Shown: piece after piece, positions 26,108-36,006 of the stretch
Position numbering within the stretch: position 1 is the stretch's first letter
How the letters are laid out: each line of letters starts with the position of its first letter
The notes under the pieces: generated by a model
What the model was told of the DNA's origin: nothing
The model's input: the letters and a program-made list of their open reading frames with translations, nothing else
The model's database searches: none
Origin: a bacterium
Lineage (GTDB): Bacteria; Patescibacteriota; Microgenomatia; UBA1400; PJMF01
Length of the DNA stretch: 54,576 bases
NCBI GenBank assembly: GCA_027620445.1
Contig: JAQBYG010000004.1
Location: 1-54,576 of the forward strand
Direction: 5' to 3'
Position numbers and translations under genes: made by a program

Positions 26108-27849
26108 AAAATCAGCCCCATCCCTTGCGCTGGCGAGGCAGAGTCGTACTCACACTCATTTTTCTCTGCTCCCTGAGCATTGTTTCAAGACTATTTTTTT
26201 TGCAAGTTATTTCTGCAGATGAGCTCACCAATCGAGCAGAGAAGCAGTACCAGCAAAAAATTACATCGACTGGCAGTAGGGGCAATCTATACTTTGCTGA
26301 TGGCTCACTACTTGTCGGCAACCAAACGGTGTATCGCATATTTGCTGAACCAGCCCTATTTGATACAACTCCAGAAGAAATAGCAGAGCAATTAGCAGAG
26401 ATTTTGGTCACAGACTCAGAGTTGTTTGAAACCGCCTCGAGTGGTGCTCGGTTAGATCAAAGTGAACAGTTGATCACAGAGCTCACGGAGAAGCTGCGTG
26501 CAGACAACAGGACATGGATCGGACTCAAAGAAAAAATTAGTGAAACAACAAAACAAGAAATTGAACGAAAAAAAATCTCAGGCATTGGATTTGACCAATA
26601 TGAAGTTCGTTACTATCCAGAAGCCTCAATGGCGGCGCAACTCACCGGGTTCATTGGTAAAACAGAAGATGGAGAAGATATCGGTTACTTCGGACTTGAA
26701 GGGGCGCTGGAAAAAGAGCTACAACCACAAAATTCGCAGCGACAAGTCATTCGTGATGCGCTCGGAGGCAAACTTTTTTCTGGCAAAGAGGAGTTTGTAT
26801 CTCTAAACGGACGCGATATCACAACCACCATCGATCGAGATATTCAAAAAATTCTTGAACGAGAGTTACTCACTGGCATCCTAAAGTATGAGGCAAGGGG
26901 TGGAGAAGCCATTGCATATGAACCAAAAACTGGCAAAATTATTGGCCTTGCAGCTGCACCAACATTTGATCAGGCAAGATTTTATCAATTTGAGCCAGAA
27001 GTCTATAAAAATCCTGCTTTGACCGAACAGTATGAGCCAGGCTCAACTTTCAAAATTTTGACGGTGGCAGCTGGTCTTGATACAAACGCAATCAAACCAG
27101 ATACCAAGTGTGATACTTGTGAAGGACCCCGACAGTTTGGTACTTTCACCATCCGAACCTGGAATGATACATACTACCCCGACACAACCATGAGCGAAGC
27201 ACTTGCTCACTCAGACAATACAGCAATGATTTTTATTGCCGAAAAACTTGGTCATGAAACATTTCGCGAGTACTTACAAAAATTTGGCATTGGCAGAGAG
27301 CTTGGTATTGATTTGCAAGGAGACCGCAACACGCCATTTCCAGATAGCTGGCGACCTGTGGAGACTGCAACAAGATCATTTGGCCAAGGCATCACGGTAA
27401 GTAGTCTGCAGCTCATTCGAGCAGTTGGCGCAGTTGCAAACGATGGTGTTTTATTACAACCACAAATAATCTCTTCTGTCTTCGATCCAGTTACTACGCA
27501 GACTCATGAGGTAGAGTCGCTTGCCAAAGAACGAGTGCTGCAAGAAGAAACAGCAGTTACGTTGCAGGAGATGCTGACGTATGCAGCAGAGCGTGGAGAA
27601 GCACAATGGACATATTCGCAGAAAATTCCTGTGGCAGGTAAAACAGGCACTTCCCAAGTGGCAGAAGAAGGAGGGTACAAAGAAGAGGCCACAATCACCA
27701 GCTTCATTGGTTTTTCACCCCCACACAATCCAGATTTTTTGCTGTTTGTGAAGTTGCAGGAACCACAATCATCTCCATGGGCTGCCGAGACGGCAGCGCC
27801 ACTTTGGTTTCGCATTGCAGAACAGATCTCGCTTAGCCTTCGCCAGTAA
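26104..27849 (+). CDS. ftsI: class B penicillin-binding protein (FtsI-type transpeptidase)
   Basis: N-terminal TM. SxxK (GSTFK), SxN (HSDN), KTG (GKTGTS). Confidence 0.9.
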   Translation: MKNQPHPLRWRGRVVLTLIFLCSLSIVSRLFFLQVISADELTNRAEKQYQQKITSTGSRGNLYFADGSLLVGNQTVYRIFAEPALFDTTPEEIAEQLAEILVTDSELFETASSGARLDQSEQLITELTEKLRADNRTWIGLKEKISETTKQEIERKKISGIGFDQYEVRYYPEASMAAQLTGFIGKTEDGEDIGYFGLEGALEKELQPQNSQRQVIRDALGGKLFSGKEEFVSLNGRDITTTIDRDIQKILERELLTGILKYEARGGEAIAYEPKTGKIIGLAAAPTFDQARFYQFEPEVYKNPALTEQYEPGSTFKILTVAAGLDTNAIKPDTKCDTCEGPRQFGTFTIRTWNDTYYPDTTMSEALAHSDNTAMIFIAEKLGHETFREYLQKFGIGRELGIDLQGDRNTPFPDSWRPVETATRSFGQGITVSSLQLIRAVGAVANDGVLLQPQIISSVFDPVTTQTHEVESLAKERVLQEETAVTLQEMLTYAAERGEAQWTYSQKIPVAGKTGTSQVAEEGGYKEEATITSFIGFSPPHNPDFLLFVKLQEPQSSPWAAETAAPLWFRIAEQISLSLRQ

Positions 27850-29082
27850 GTGCTTTATAATGTCAGTATGCTCGCACAAGCACTCTATTTCCTGAAACGA
27901 CCGTTTCACTTTGTGAAAACAGGCTTGCTGCAAGGCTTGCCCGCACAGTTCTCGACAAAATTTCCAGAGAAAAAACTAAAAATACTTGCCATTACCGGCA
28001 CTGATGGCAAAACCACCAGCTCAACCTTACTACAACATGTGCTCGTGACCGCCAAGTTGAAATCTGGTCTCGTCAGCACCGTTGGCTTATTTATTGACAA
28101 GAATTCAAACGACTCAGGACTACACGTGACTGCGCCACAGCCAAAAGATTTGTACTTATTCATGAGCCACTTGGTCCAGAAACACTACGAATACTTGGTC
28201 TTAGAAACAACTTCTCACGGCTTGTACCAATATCGTACTTGGGGTATCCATCCTGAAATAGCCGCCATTACCAATATTAATTTTGAGCACCTTGATTACC
28301 ACCTGACATATCAAAACTATGTAGGTGCAAAGGCCTTGTTGCTAAAACAAGCAAAAAATGTTGTTCTCAACGCGGATGACCAGTCATTCTCACTGCTTGC
28401 TACATATGCTAAAGGTAAACAACTCCGCACCTTTTCAAAAAGTGATCGGCTGTCGAAGGTAGTTCGTGAGGCTGTTTCAGCTCGATTTCCGGAAGCATAC
28501 AACCAACAAAATGCCCGCCTCGTGTATCAAATCTGCCAATTCCTCAAAATTCCCGACGAAATCTTTGTCAAGGCGGTACAATCATTCACCCATGCCCCTG
28601 GCAGAATGCAGTGGTTAAAACTTGATAAGCCGTACAAAGTGCTGATCGACTTTGCCCACACACCCCAAGGACTACAAGCAGTTTTAACCGAGTTACAAAA
28701 ACAACAAAAAAGTAAGAAAAAACATGGAAAAGTTATTGTTGTTTTTGGCTGTGCTGGTCTTCGGGATAGAAACAAACGACCAAGTATGGGAAAAATTGCT
28801 ACTGAGCTCACTGATTTAGCGGTGTTTACCGCAGAAGACCCGCGGACAGAAGATGTCTGGTCAATCATCCGACAAATGAAAGAGCAGTTAAGTGAGAATC
28901 ACGACAAAGTTGTCTCGATAGCTGACCGTCGTGAAGCAATTCGTTTTGCCCTAAATACAGCAAGCTCTGGCGATATCATTGCTATACTCGGCAAAGGTCA
29001 CGAGCAGAGCATGAGTTACGGCAAAGATGAAATTCCTTGGGATGACACGGCAGTAACCACGCAACTCGCTAAAAAATCATGA
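27850..29082 (+). CDS. murE: MurE-type Mur ligase (UDP-MurNAc-L-Ala-D-Glu:diamino acid ligase) lacking most of N-terminal domain 1
   Basis: ITGTDGKTTSS P-loop at residue ~50. ETTSHGL, TNINFEHLDYH, YVGAKALLL and GKGHEQ motifs. EDPR occupies the DNPR position. An in-frame TAA at 27847-49 prevents upstream extension. Confidence 0.8.
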   Translation: MLYNVSMLAQALYFLKRPFHFVKTGLLQGLPAQFSTKFPEKKLKILAITGTDGKTTSSTLLQHVLVTAKLKSGLVSTVGLFIDKNSNDSGLHVTAPQPKDLYLFMSHLVQKHYEYLVLETTSHGLYQYRTWGIHPEIAAITNINFEHLDYHLTYQNYVGAKALLLKQAKNVVLNADDQSFSLLATYAKGKQLRTFSKSDRLSKVVREAVSARFPEAYNQQNARLVYQICQFLKIPDEIFVKAVQSFTHAPGRMQWLKLDKPYKVLIDFAHTPQGLQAVLTELQKQQKSKKKHGKVIVVFGCAGLRDRNKRPSMGKIATELTDLAVFTAEDPRTEDVWSIIRQMKEQLSENHDKVVSIADRREAIRFALNTASSGDIIAILGKGHEQSMSYGKDEIPWDDTAVTTQLAKKS

Positions 29083-30059
29083 AAGAAAAATCCGTCGTTG
29101 TCATAGGTGGAGGTACCGGCATTTACTCAGTTGTAACCGCGCTAAAACAGCTGCCGATCAAGATCTCAACCATTATTGCGGTCTCTGACTCAGGCGGCTC
29201 CGCGGGCAGAATCCGCGACGAGTTTGGCTTTCCACCTGTGGGAGATCTGCGACAATCACTCGCGGCATTAGCTGATGAAAAAAGTCAGAAGGCGATACAA
29301 CAACTACTTTTGTACAGATTCGAAAAAGGTTCGGGGCTCAAGGGTCACAATCTAGGCAATCTGATACTCACAGCGCTCCAAGACATGCAGGCTTCAACCA
29401 CCGAGGCTCTCGAGATCGCGAGCCAGATTTTTCGTATTCAGGGACGCGTAATTCCAAGCACTGAGTCTGCTGTCAACCTGGCAATTACCTATGTAGACGG
29501 CACCACAGTAGTAGGGGAGCACACGCTAGACGAAACAGCACCTCATCCCAAAAAGATTGCTTCGGTAGCACTAACTCCAACTTGCAGTTTGAATCCGGCT
29601 GCAGCACAAGCAATTGCACAAGCAGATCTGGTCATCATTGGTCCGGGAGATTTATACGCGAGCTTGCTTGCGGTCTTGGTCACACCAGGACTCGCTCAAT
29701 CACTCAAAAATGCAAGGGTTCCGGTTGCATATTTTCTTAACCTCATGACTCGCCATGCGCAAACACACAATATGACTGCCAAAGAGCACGTCGCTGAAAT
29801 TGAGAAAATACTCGGACTCTCCCTATCTCACATTATTATCAACTCAGACCCCATTCCAGCTAAACTGCTTACAACATATGCGGATCAGCATGAGTTTCCG
29901 GTGCAAAATGACTTGCAGGATGATCCTCGAGTAATGCTTGCACCACTACTGGAAAAGAACATCCATGAACAATCAAGAGTGGATACGGTTCACCGGTCAT
30001 TGTTGCGTCACAGTAGTAAGAAAATTTTGTCCATAATCTCTTCTCTTCTGCACATATGA
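29079..30059 (+). CDS. yvcK: YvcK/CofD-family (UPF0052, gluconeogenesis factor-like) protein
   Basis: VVVIGGGTGIYSVVTALKQL...AVSDSGGSAGRIRDEFGFPPVGDLRQ. Length 326 aa. Confidence 0.85.
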   Translation: MKEKSVVVIGGGTGIYSVVTALKQLPIKISTIIAVSDSGGSAGRIRDEFGFPPVGDLRQSLAALADEKSQKAIQQLLLYRFEKGSGLKGHNLGNLILTALQDMQASTTEALEIASQIFRIQGRVIPSTESAVNLAITYVDGTTVVGEHTLDETAPHPKKIASVALTPTCSLNPAAAQAIAQADLVIIGPGDLYASLLAVLVTPGLAQSLKNARVPVAYFLNLMTRHAQTHNMTAKEHVAEIEKILGLSLSHIIINSDPIPAKLLTTYADQHEFPVQNDLQDDPRVMLAPLLEKNIHEQSRVDTVHRSLLRHSSKKILSIISSLLHI

Positions 30060-31462
30060 AAACCTTTCCCTATACTCAGGTACATCTGGTTGGTATCAAA
30101 GGAGTCGCGATGACCGCCCTCGCGCAGTTGCTCAGAGATCACGGAGTACAGATCACCGGCAGCGATGTGCCTGATGACTTTGTCACTCAGGAAGCTCTTT
30201 CAAATCTCGCAATAGATATTCAAACCTCATTTTCCGAACCGCTGCCCATCGGCACTGCTTGTGTAATCTACACGGCCGCGCATCAATCAAAAAATAACGA
30301 GCAGGTACAGGCAGCACTTGCCGCTGGCATCCCAACGCTTTCACACGCCGAAGCTCTAGGACTGTTTTTTGACGAAAAGAGGGGAGTTGCGGTTTGTGGC
30401 GTCGGCGGCAAATCTACAACCTCCGCAATGATTGTTTGGATTCTCGAACACTTGCATACACAACCTTCATATGCAATCGGTGTCGGCAAGATTCTCGGAC
30501 TACCAAACACGGGCAAATTTTCCTCTGCTGGTGAGGTATTCGTGGCTGAGGCAGATGAGTATGTCACCGACCCGACACAATCAGACCCAAAACTACGCAT
30601 TCCACGCTTCTCGTATCTACACCCACGCATTACAGTCTGCACCAATATTTTGCACGATCATCCTGACGTATACAAAAATAAATCCGACACAGACGCAGCT
30701 TTTAACACTTTTTTTTCGCAAATGAAACATCCCAGTACTCTCATTGTTAATTCTGAATCTAGCTCAGCTGTTACTGTAAAAGTCGACAGACTCATAACAT
30801 ATGGTACCAAGCCGGAGGACACTTTTCGCTTACAACAAGAACTGACGGTCACAGAAAAACAAGCTATGACCAAACTGCAGTATGACGGGCAAATGTACCA
30901 ACTAACACTTGCTATTCCTGGATTTTTCAACATGCTCAATGCAGCAGCCGCCATTGCCGCCTGCGTTTCTCTTGGCCAGTCAATTGAAGATTGTCTAAAC
31001 GCAATAAAATCATTTGCTTCTACCCAACGCCGATTTGAGAATAAGGGAGTAGTACAAGGCGTCCAGTACTACGATGACTACGCCCACCATCCCGCAGAAA
31101 TTGCCGCAACAATAACAGCCGCAAAAGAGTGGGAGCCAAACAAGCGAATTGTGTTTGCTTTCCAGCCGCATACCTACTCTCGAACAAAAGAGCTTTTCTC
31201 AGAGTTTGTGACTGCACTCGCCTTGGCAGACGAAGTGCTACTACTTCCCATTTATGCCTCTGCCAGAGAACAGGCTAACTCTACAATCTCGAGCGAAATG
31301 CTCATATCTGCCGTGAGCATGCAAAAAACAATGATAACAATCGAGCTCATCGCTGATACATCTGCGCTCGCTGCCTGGTGTGCATTAAACCTTCAACCAG
31401 GCGATGTTTGCATAACACTTGGCGCTGGTGATATTTATCTCGTCCACGAGTTGTTACAATAA
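30056..31462 (+). CDS. murC: UDP-N-acetylmuramate--L-alanine ligase
   Basis: VHLVGIKGVAMTALAQLLRDHGVQITGSD N-terminal domain. GVGGKSTTSAM P-loop. DDYAHHPAEI. Confidence 0.85.
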   Translation: MKTFPYTQVHLVGIKGVAMTALAQLLRDHGVQITGSDVPDDFVTQEALSNLAIDIQTSFSEPLPIGTACVIYTAAHQSKNNEQVQAALAAGIPTLSHAEALGLFFDEKRGVAVCGVGGKSTTSAMIVWILEHLHTQPSYAIGVGKILGLPNTGKFSSAGEVFVAEADEYVTDPTQSDPKLRIPRFSYLHPRITVCTNILHDHPDVYKNKSDTDAAFNTFFSQMKHPSTLIVNSESSSAVTVKVDRLITYGTKPEDTFRLQQELTVTEKQAMTKLQYDGQMYQLTLAIPGFFNMLNAAAAIAACVSLGQSIEDCLNAIKSFASTQRRFENKGVVQGVQYYDDYAHHPAEIAATITAAKEWEPNKRIVFAFQPHTYSRTKELFSEFVTALALADEVLLLPIYASAREQANSTISSEMLISAVSMQKTMITIELIADTSALAAWCALNLQPGDVCITLGAGDIYLVHELLQ

Positions 31463-31466
31463 CACC

Positions 31467-32540
31467 ATGCTTTCCTGGAAAACCCAACTTGCTCAAGCTT
31501 GTCCTGATACCACTTTTAGCGAACAGGAGTCGCTCGCTCATCACACGACCGTAGGAATCGGCGGACCAGCAGAGTTTTTTTGCACGGTTAAAACAAGCAA
31601 AGAACTAGCTGCAGTCCTAAAAGCAGCAATGCTCCAAAGCATTCCGATAACAATCCTTGGCTGGGGAGCCAACACCCTGATTGCGGATCGCGGCATACAA
31701 GGCCTTGTCATCAAAAACATGGCTAGTGAAATCACCATACTTTCACAAGAACCAACAAAATCCAGCCCGCTCGCAATTGACGCCCGCTGGAAAGCAGCGA
31801 CAACCGACTCAAACATGCCTCAGTTTCATGAGCTCGACTACGATGAAAGTGAGGCTGAGTCGGTGCTTGTAGAAGTTGGTTCGGGTGCTTCGCTTCCTGT
31901 ACTCATTCAGCAGTTGGTCCGACAAGGGCTAACTGGTCTGCAGTGGTTCACCAAAATTCCCGCCTCACTTGCTGGTGCAGTCGTTAACAACATTCATGGT
32001 GGCACGCACTACATATCAGAGTACATTGAGTCTGTCACAGTGCTCAATTCTAAAGGTGAAATGCAAGTACTACCTGCAGACCAGCTTGAGTTTGCATATG
32101 ACTACTCTCGGTTTCATCACTCTGGCGAGTTTCTGCTTTCAGTTGTGTTGAAGCTGTACCGCGGCGATCAAGCAAGAGCACAACAAGTTATCACCGATTG
32201 GTCGAGACAAAAACAAAAGCAGCCGGCGCGCTCACTCGGTTGTGTGTTTCAAAATATTTCTGCGTCAGAACAAGCGCAACTTTCTCTGCCAACTCCAAGC
32301 ATCGGATACCTGATCGACAAAAAACTTAACCTAGCTGGAATGAAAATAGGCGACGCTGAGATCTCAACACTACACGCCGCCTTTATTGTAAACACCAAAG
32401 CAGCGACCGCCGCAGATTACCTCGAGCTCATCAAACACATTCATACGCAAGTGCGAACAAAACTAGGAATTGTGCTCAAACCAGAAATATTTTTTAAGGG
32501 TTTTACCAAAGAAGAGCTTAATTTTCTCACTGAGCTATAA
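31467..32540 (+). CDS. murB: UDP-N-acetylenolpyruvoylglucosamine reductase
   Basis: HTTVGIGGPAEFF, GWGANTLIADRG, and the C-terminal MurB domain (GCVFQN...GYLID). I chose the ATG 31467 start. Confidence 0.85.
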   Translation: MLSWKTQLAQACPDTTFSEQESLAHHTTVGIGGPAEFFCTVKTSKELAAVLKAAMLQSIPITILGWGANTLIADRGIQGLVIKNMASEITILSQEPTKSSPLAIDARWKAATTDSNMPQFHELDYDESEAESVLVEVGSGASLPVLIQQLVRQGLTGLQWFTKIPASLAGAVVNNIHGGTHYISEYIESVTVLNSKGEMQVLPADQLEFAYDYSRFHHSGEFLLSVVLKLYRGDQARAQQVITDWSRQKQKQPARSLGCVFQNISASEQAQLSLPTPSIGYLIDKKLNLAGMKIGDAEISTLHAAFIVNTKAATAADYLELIKHIHTQVRTKLGIVLKPEIFFKGFTKEELNFLTEL

Positions 32541-33865
32541 TGGACTATATGAACTCATTCGAAATTATTGGCGGAAAACCGCTCTACGGCTCAGTTCGAA
32601 TCGGCGGTGCCAAAAATGCGTCGTACAAACTCATGCTGGCGGCTTTGTTGGGTGATTCTCCCTCGAGAATTCTGAATTTCTCTCATATTCAGGACGTCAT
32701 CACCGTTGGTGACATCATCACCTCGCTTGGAGGAGAAGTGAAACACGTAGGCGAGAGAGCATTGGTCATTGATCCACGAAACTTGCATTCTTACGAACTT
32801 TCGAGCACGGTTGGCGAGCAGGGTCGGTTTTCGAGCATGTTTATTGCACCGCTCTTAGCTCGATTTGGACACGCCACTGTTCCTATGCCAGGGGGCGACA
32901 AAATTGGCAGCCGGCCACTCGATTGGCACCTTGATGGTTTGCGAGCGCTCGGCGCAAACATTTCCTTTGAGGGAGGCATTTTTCATGCTCGAGCAGAAAA
33001 ACTCCGAGGAACAACGTATCGTTTTCACAAAAACACACATACTGGTACTGAGACAGTCATTTTGGCTGCAGTCCTCGCAGAGGGAAAGTCAACATTGGAA
33101 AATGTTGCTCAGGAGCCTGAAGTAGACGACCTCATCGAGTTTTTGGTTGCAATGGGTGCACAAATCACTCGCACGAAGCAGCGAACGATCGAGATCGTGG
33201 GAGTACCAAAACTCTCTGGCGCGATTCATAAGTTAATGCCAGATCGCAACGAAGCAGTTAGTTATGCGTGCGCCGCGATCGCGACAAAAGGGGATATTAT
33301 TATCGAGAATGCCAGAGCAGAGCACTTGACTGCCTTTTTGCAGAAACTAGGCGAGATTGGTGCTGGATATGAAGTTGGCCAGTACGGCATCCGTTTTTTT
33401 TACAACGGACCACTCCAAGCCACAGACGTGGTAACCGCACAGGCTCCCGGATTTATGACCGATTGGCAGCCGCTATGGGCGACTCTCATGACCCAAGCAA
33501 GTGGGGCAAGCGTCATTCACGAAGCAATCTACGAGCGCCGTTTCCAGTATGTCGACGAACTACAACAAATGGGCGCCAATATCTCTCTTTTCGAGCCGGA
33601 AGTAGCAGATCCGGTTGAGTTTTATAACTTTCAATACGAAAAAAGTGATAAAAATATACAGCATGCGATTAGAATCACCGGAAAAACAGAGCTCAAAGCA
33701 GGGGAATTTGCAGTCAAGGATCTACGTCACGGCGCCACTCTCGTGATCGCTGCTCTGATCGCACAGGGAAAAAGTAGAATTACCAACATAGAACACATTG
33801 ATCGTGGGTACGAAACACTCGACGAGCGACTGCGTTCGCTTGGGGCAGAAATCACCAGAACGTAG
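32540..33865 (+). CDS. murA: UDP-N-acetylglucosamine 1-carboxyvinyltransferase
   Basis: IGGAKNASYKLM, the active-site loop PGGDKIGSRPLDWH, and DRGYE near the C-terminus. Confidence 0.95.
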   Translation: MDYMNSFEIIGGKPLYGSVRIGGAKNASYKLMLAALLGDSPSRILNFSHIQDVITVGDIITSLGGEVKHVGERALVIDPRNLHSYELSSTVGEQGRFSSMFIAPLLARFGHATVPMPGGDKIGSRPLDWHLDGLRALGANISFEGGIFHARAEKLRGTTYRFHKNTHTGTETVILAAVLAEGKSTLENVAQEPEVDDLIEFLVAMGAQITRTKQRTIEIVGVPKLSGAIHKLMPDRNEAVSYACAAIATKGDIIIENARAEHLTAFLQKLGEIGAGYEVGQYGIRFFYNGPLQATDVVTAQAPGFMTDWQPLWATLMTQASGASVIHEAIYERRFQYVDELQQMGANISLFEPEVADPVEFYNFQYEKSDKNIQHAIRITGKTELKAGEFAVKDLRHGATLVIAALIAQGKSRITNIEHIDRGYETLDERLRSLGAEITRT

Positions 33866-33877
33866 TATCATAAGTAC

Positions 33878-34924
33878 ATGCAGTCACTCGGTATAGCATT
33901 CGGCGTCCTTTTGTTTTCATTTATCGTCACTTCTATACTAATCATTCCCTTCATTAACCTTTTGTACTCCTGGCGCTTTCGACGAAAGTCCCAAATCACT
34001 GCTGATATTTTTGGAAAACTGACACCAGTATTCAACCACTTTCATGCCAAGAAGGCTGGTGTTCCGATTGGCGGCGGCTTACTTGTCATCCTGGTGGTCT
34101 CAGCATTGTTTGCGCTCATCTTGCCGCTGGTGCAACTCTTTGGCCAAGAAGTGACGAGTGTTCATCGAGACATCTCTGCCGAGATCAATATTATTTTCTT
34201 TACGTTTATTTCGTTTGGATTGCTCGGTCTCTACGATGATGTCAAAAAGTTTTTCATGCTGGAGAAAGAGGGTTTTTTTGGTCTAAGGATGAAGCATAAA
34301 TTTCTTTTACAGTTACTGCTCTCGATCATCATTAGTTTAATGTTGTACATTAATCTAGGCATCTCATTTATCAACATTCCATTCATTGGTACGTTCAATC
34401 TTGGACTTTTTTTCATCCCGTTTGCCACCTTTACTATTTTAGCGTTCGCGAACGCGGTTAATATTTCGGATGGACTCGATGGGCTTGCCGCAGGCTCCTT
34501 GATGATTTGTCTTTTTGGACTCTGGCTACTCTCAGCATCTATACTCGATATTCCGCTCTCACTTTTTATCGCAATTTGGATCGGCTCACTTATTTCATTT
34601 TTATACTTCAATGTGTATCCCGCAAGAATGTTTATGGGAGATGTAGGCTCGCTTGCTTTTGGCGCCACACTTGCTGTAATCGGGCTCCTGCTTGGTAAAG
34701 TCTTTGCACTCCTGATTATTGGTTTTATCTTTGTGCTCGAAATCACCTCTTCGTTCTTGCAGTTACTTTCCAAACGCTTTAGAAAAAAGAAGCTGTTTCC
34801 TGCAGCCCCGTTTCATCTAACTTTGCAAAAGCAAGGGTGGGAGGAGCCTAAAATTGTACAGCGAGCCTGGATTATTCAAATACTCCTGACCATCTTTGGC
34901 GTCTGGCTCACTGTAGTGAGATGA
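33878..34924 (+). CDS. mraY: phospho-N-acetylmuramoyl-pentapeptide transferase
   Basis: NAVNISDGLDGLA, MGDVGSLAFG, PFHLTLQ. Confidence 0.93.
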   Translation: MQSLGIAFGVLLFSFIVTSILIIPFINLLYSWRFRRKSQITADIFGKLTPVFNHFHAKKAGVPIGGGLLVILVVSALFALILPLVQLFGQEVTSVHRDISAEINIIFFTFISFGLLGLYDDVKKFFMLEKEGFFGLRMKHKFLLQLLLSIIISLMLYINLGISFINIPFIGTFNLGLFFIPFATFTILAFANAVNISDGLDGLAAGSLMICLFGLWLLSASILDIPLSLFIAIWIGSLISFLYFNVYPARMFMGDVGSLAFGATLAVIGLLLGKVFALLIIGFIFVLEITSSFLQLLSKRFRKKKLFPAAPFHLTLQKQGWEEPKIVQRAWIIQILLTIFGVWLTVVR

Positions 34925-36006
34925 CACAAAAGAAAATCGCAGATACTAGCGTTGCTCGTTGGTTATTTCTCATCACTACACTCCTAACCCTAATTGGTAT
35001 CATATTTGTCTTCGAAAGCTCGATCAACGAAAGTTACCGCACATTTGGCACTCCATACGCACTTGTAACCCAGCAACTCATCGGCATCGGCATTGGATTT
35101 GCTGCGTTTGTTGTCGCCACTTTGCTTCCGAGCAGAATTTGGAACCGATTTGGGCCGGGTCTCTATTTTTTTGGCATCGTGTTACTCACGCTAGTCTTCG
35201 CGCCAGTCATTGGCCTGAAACTGAACGGTGCAAGACGCTGGCTTGACCTAGGTTTTATGGTGATACAACCAGTGGAGATAATGAAGTTTGCCTTGATCGT
35301 TGGCTTCGCCCACTGGTTTGCCAAAAAGCAGCGCTTGAGACCCTTCATGCTGCTGGCTGCAATCCCAATCGGATTACTACTGCTACAGCCCGATCTTGGC
35401 TCTGCTTTGCTACTGAGTACTATTGCTGTCGGCATGTTTTTTCTGGCTGGAGGTTCTGTCAAAAAACTGGCGTTGTTGAGTCTTGTGGCGACACCACTTC
35501 TAGTCATGGCTGTGTTGGCCTCCGCATATCGTTTTGAGCGCGTCAAAACCTTCCTGAATCCAAGTGGCGATGTTCAAGGCGCTGGCTTTCATGTTGCGCA
35601 AATTTCTCTGGCGTTTGGCCGAGGCGGCTGGTTTGGACGTGGTATTGGCAACTCTCAACAAAAACTTTCGTATTTGCCCGAGTCGAGCACTGACTCAATT
35701 TTTGCGATCGTGGGAGAAGAAATTGGCTTTGTGGGAACGTTTGTCGTGGTACTGCTTTTTACACTACTGTTTTTCTACCTCTACAGAGCAGCTGGACAGC
35801 TTGAGTCGAAACCCGAACAACAACTACTCATATATGGCATTCTCCTATGGTTCGCCGGACAAACATTCTTGAACTTGCTCTCCACTGTTGGACTGATCCC
35901 CCTCACAGGTGAGCCCTTGCCATTTTTCTCTTATGGCAGATCATCTTTGATCATGTTATTGTTTGCCTCAGGCGTAGCAATTCGCGCCACACGAGAGTCA
36001 GCATGA
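34921..36006 (+). CDS. ftsW: SEDS-family peptidoglycan glycosyltransferase FtsW
   Basis: PESSTDSIFAIVGEEIGFVG and PLPFFSYGRSS. It sits between mraY and murG. Confidence 0.85.
   Translation: MTQKKIADTSVARWLFLITTLLTLIGIIFVFESSINESYRTFGTPYALVTQQLIGIGIGFAAFVVATLLPSRIWNRFGPGLYFFGIVLLTLVFAPVIGLKLNGARRWLDLGFMVIQPVEIMKFALIVGFAHWFAKKQRLRPFMLLAAIPIGLLLLQPDLGSALLLSTIAVGMFFLAGGSVKKLALLSLVATPLLVMAVLASAYRFERVKTFLNPSGDVQGAGFHVAQISLAFGRGGWFGRGIGNSQQKLSYLPESSTDSIFAIVGEEIGFVGTFVVVLLFTLLFFYLYRAAGQLESKPEQQLLIYGILLWFAGQTFLNLLSTVGLIPLTGEPLPFFSYGRSSLIMLLFASGVAIRATRESA

Noticed and set aside
27903-27921. parS look-alike GTTTCAC-TTT-GTGAAAAC inside the 5' end of murE.
   Set aside because: The parS consensus is a contiguous 16-bp palindrome (TGTTNCACGTGAAACA). 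Here the half-sites are separated by 3 extra bases and one half has an extra A. It lies 18 kb from parB, so it is probably chance.
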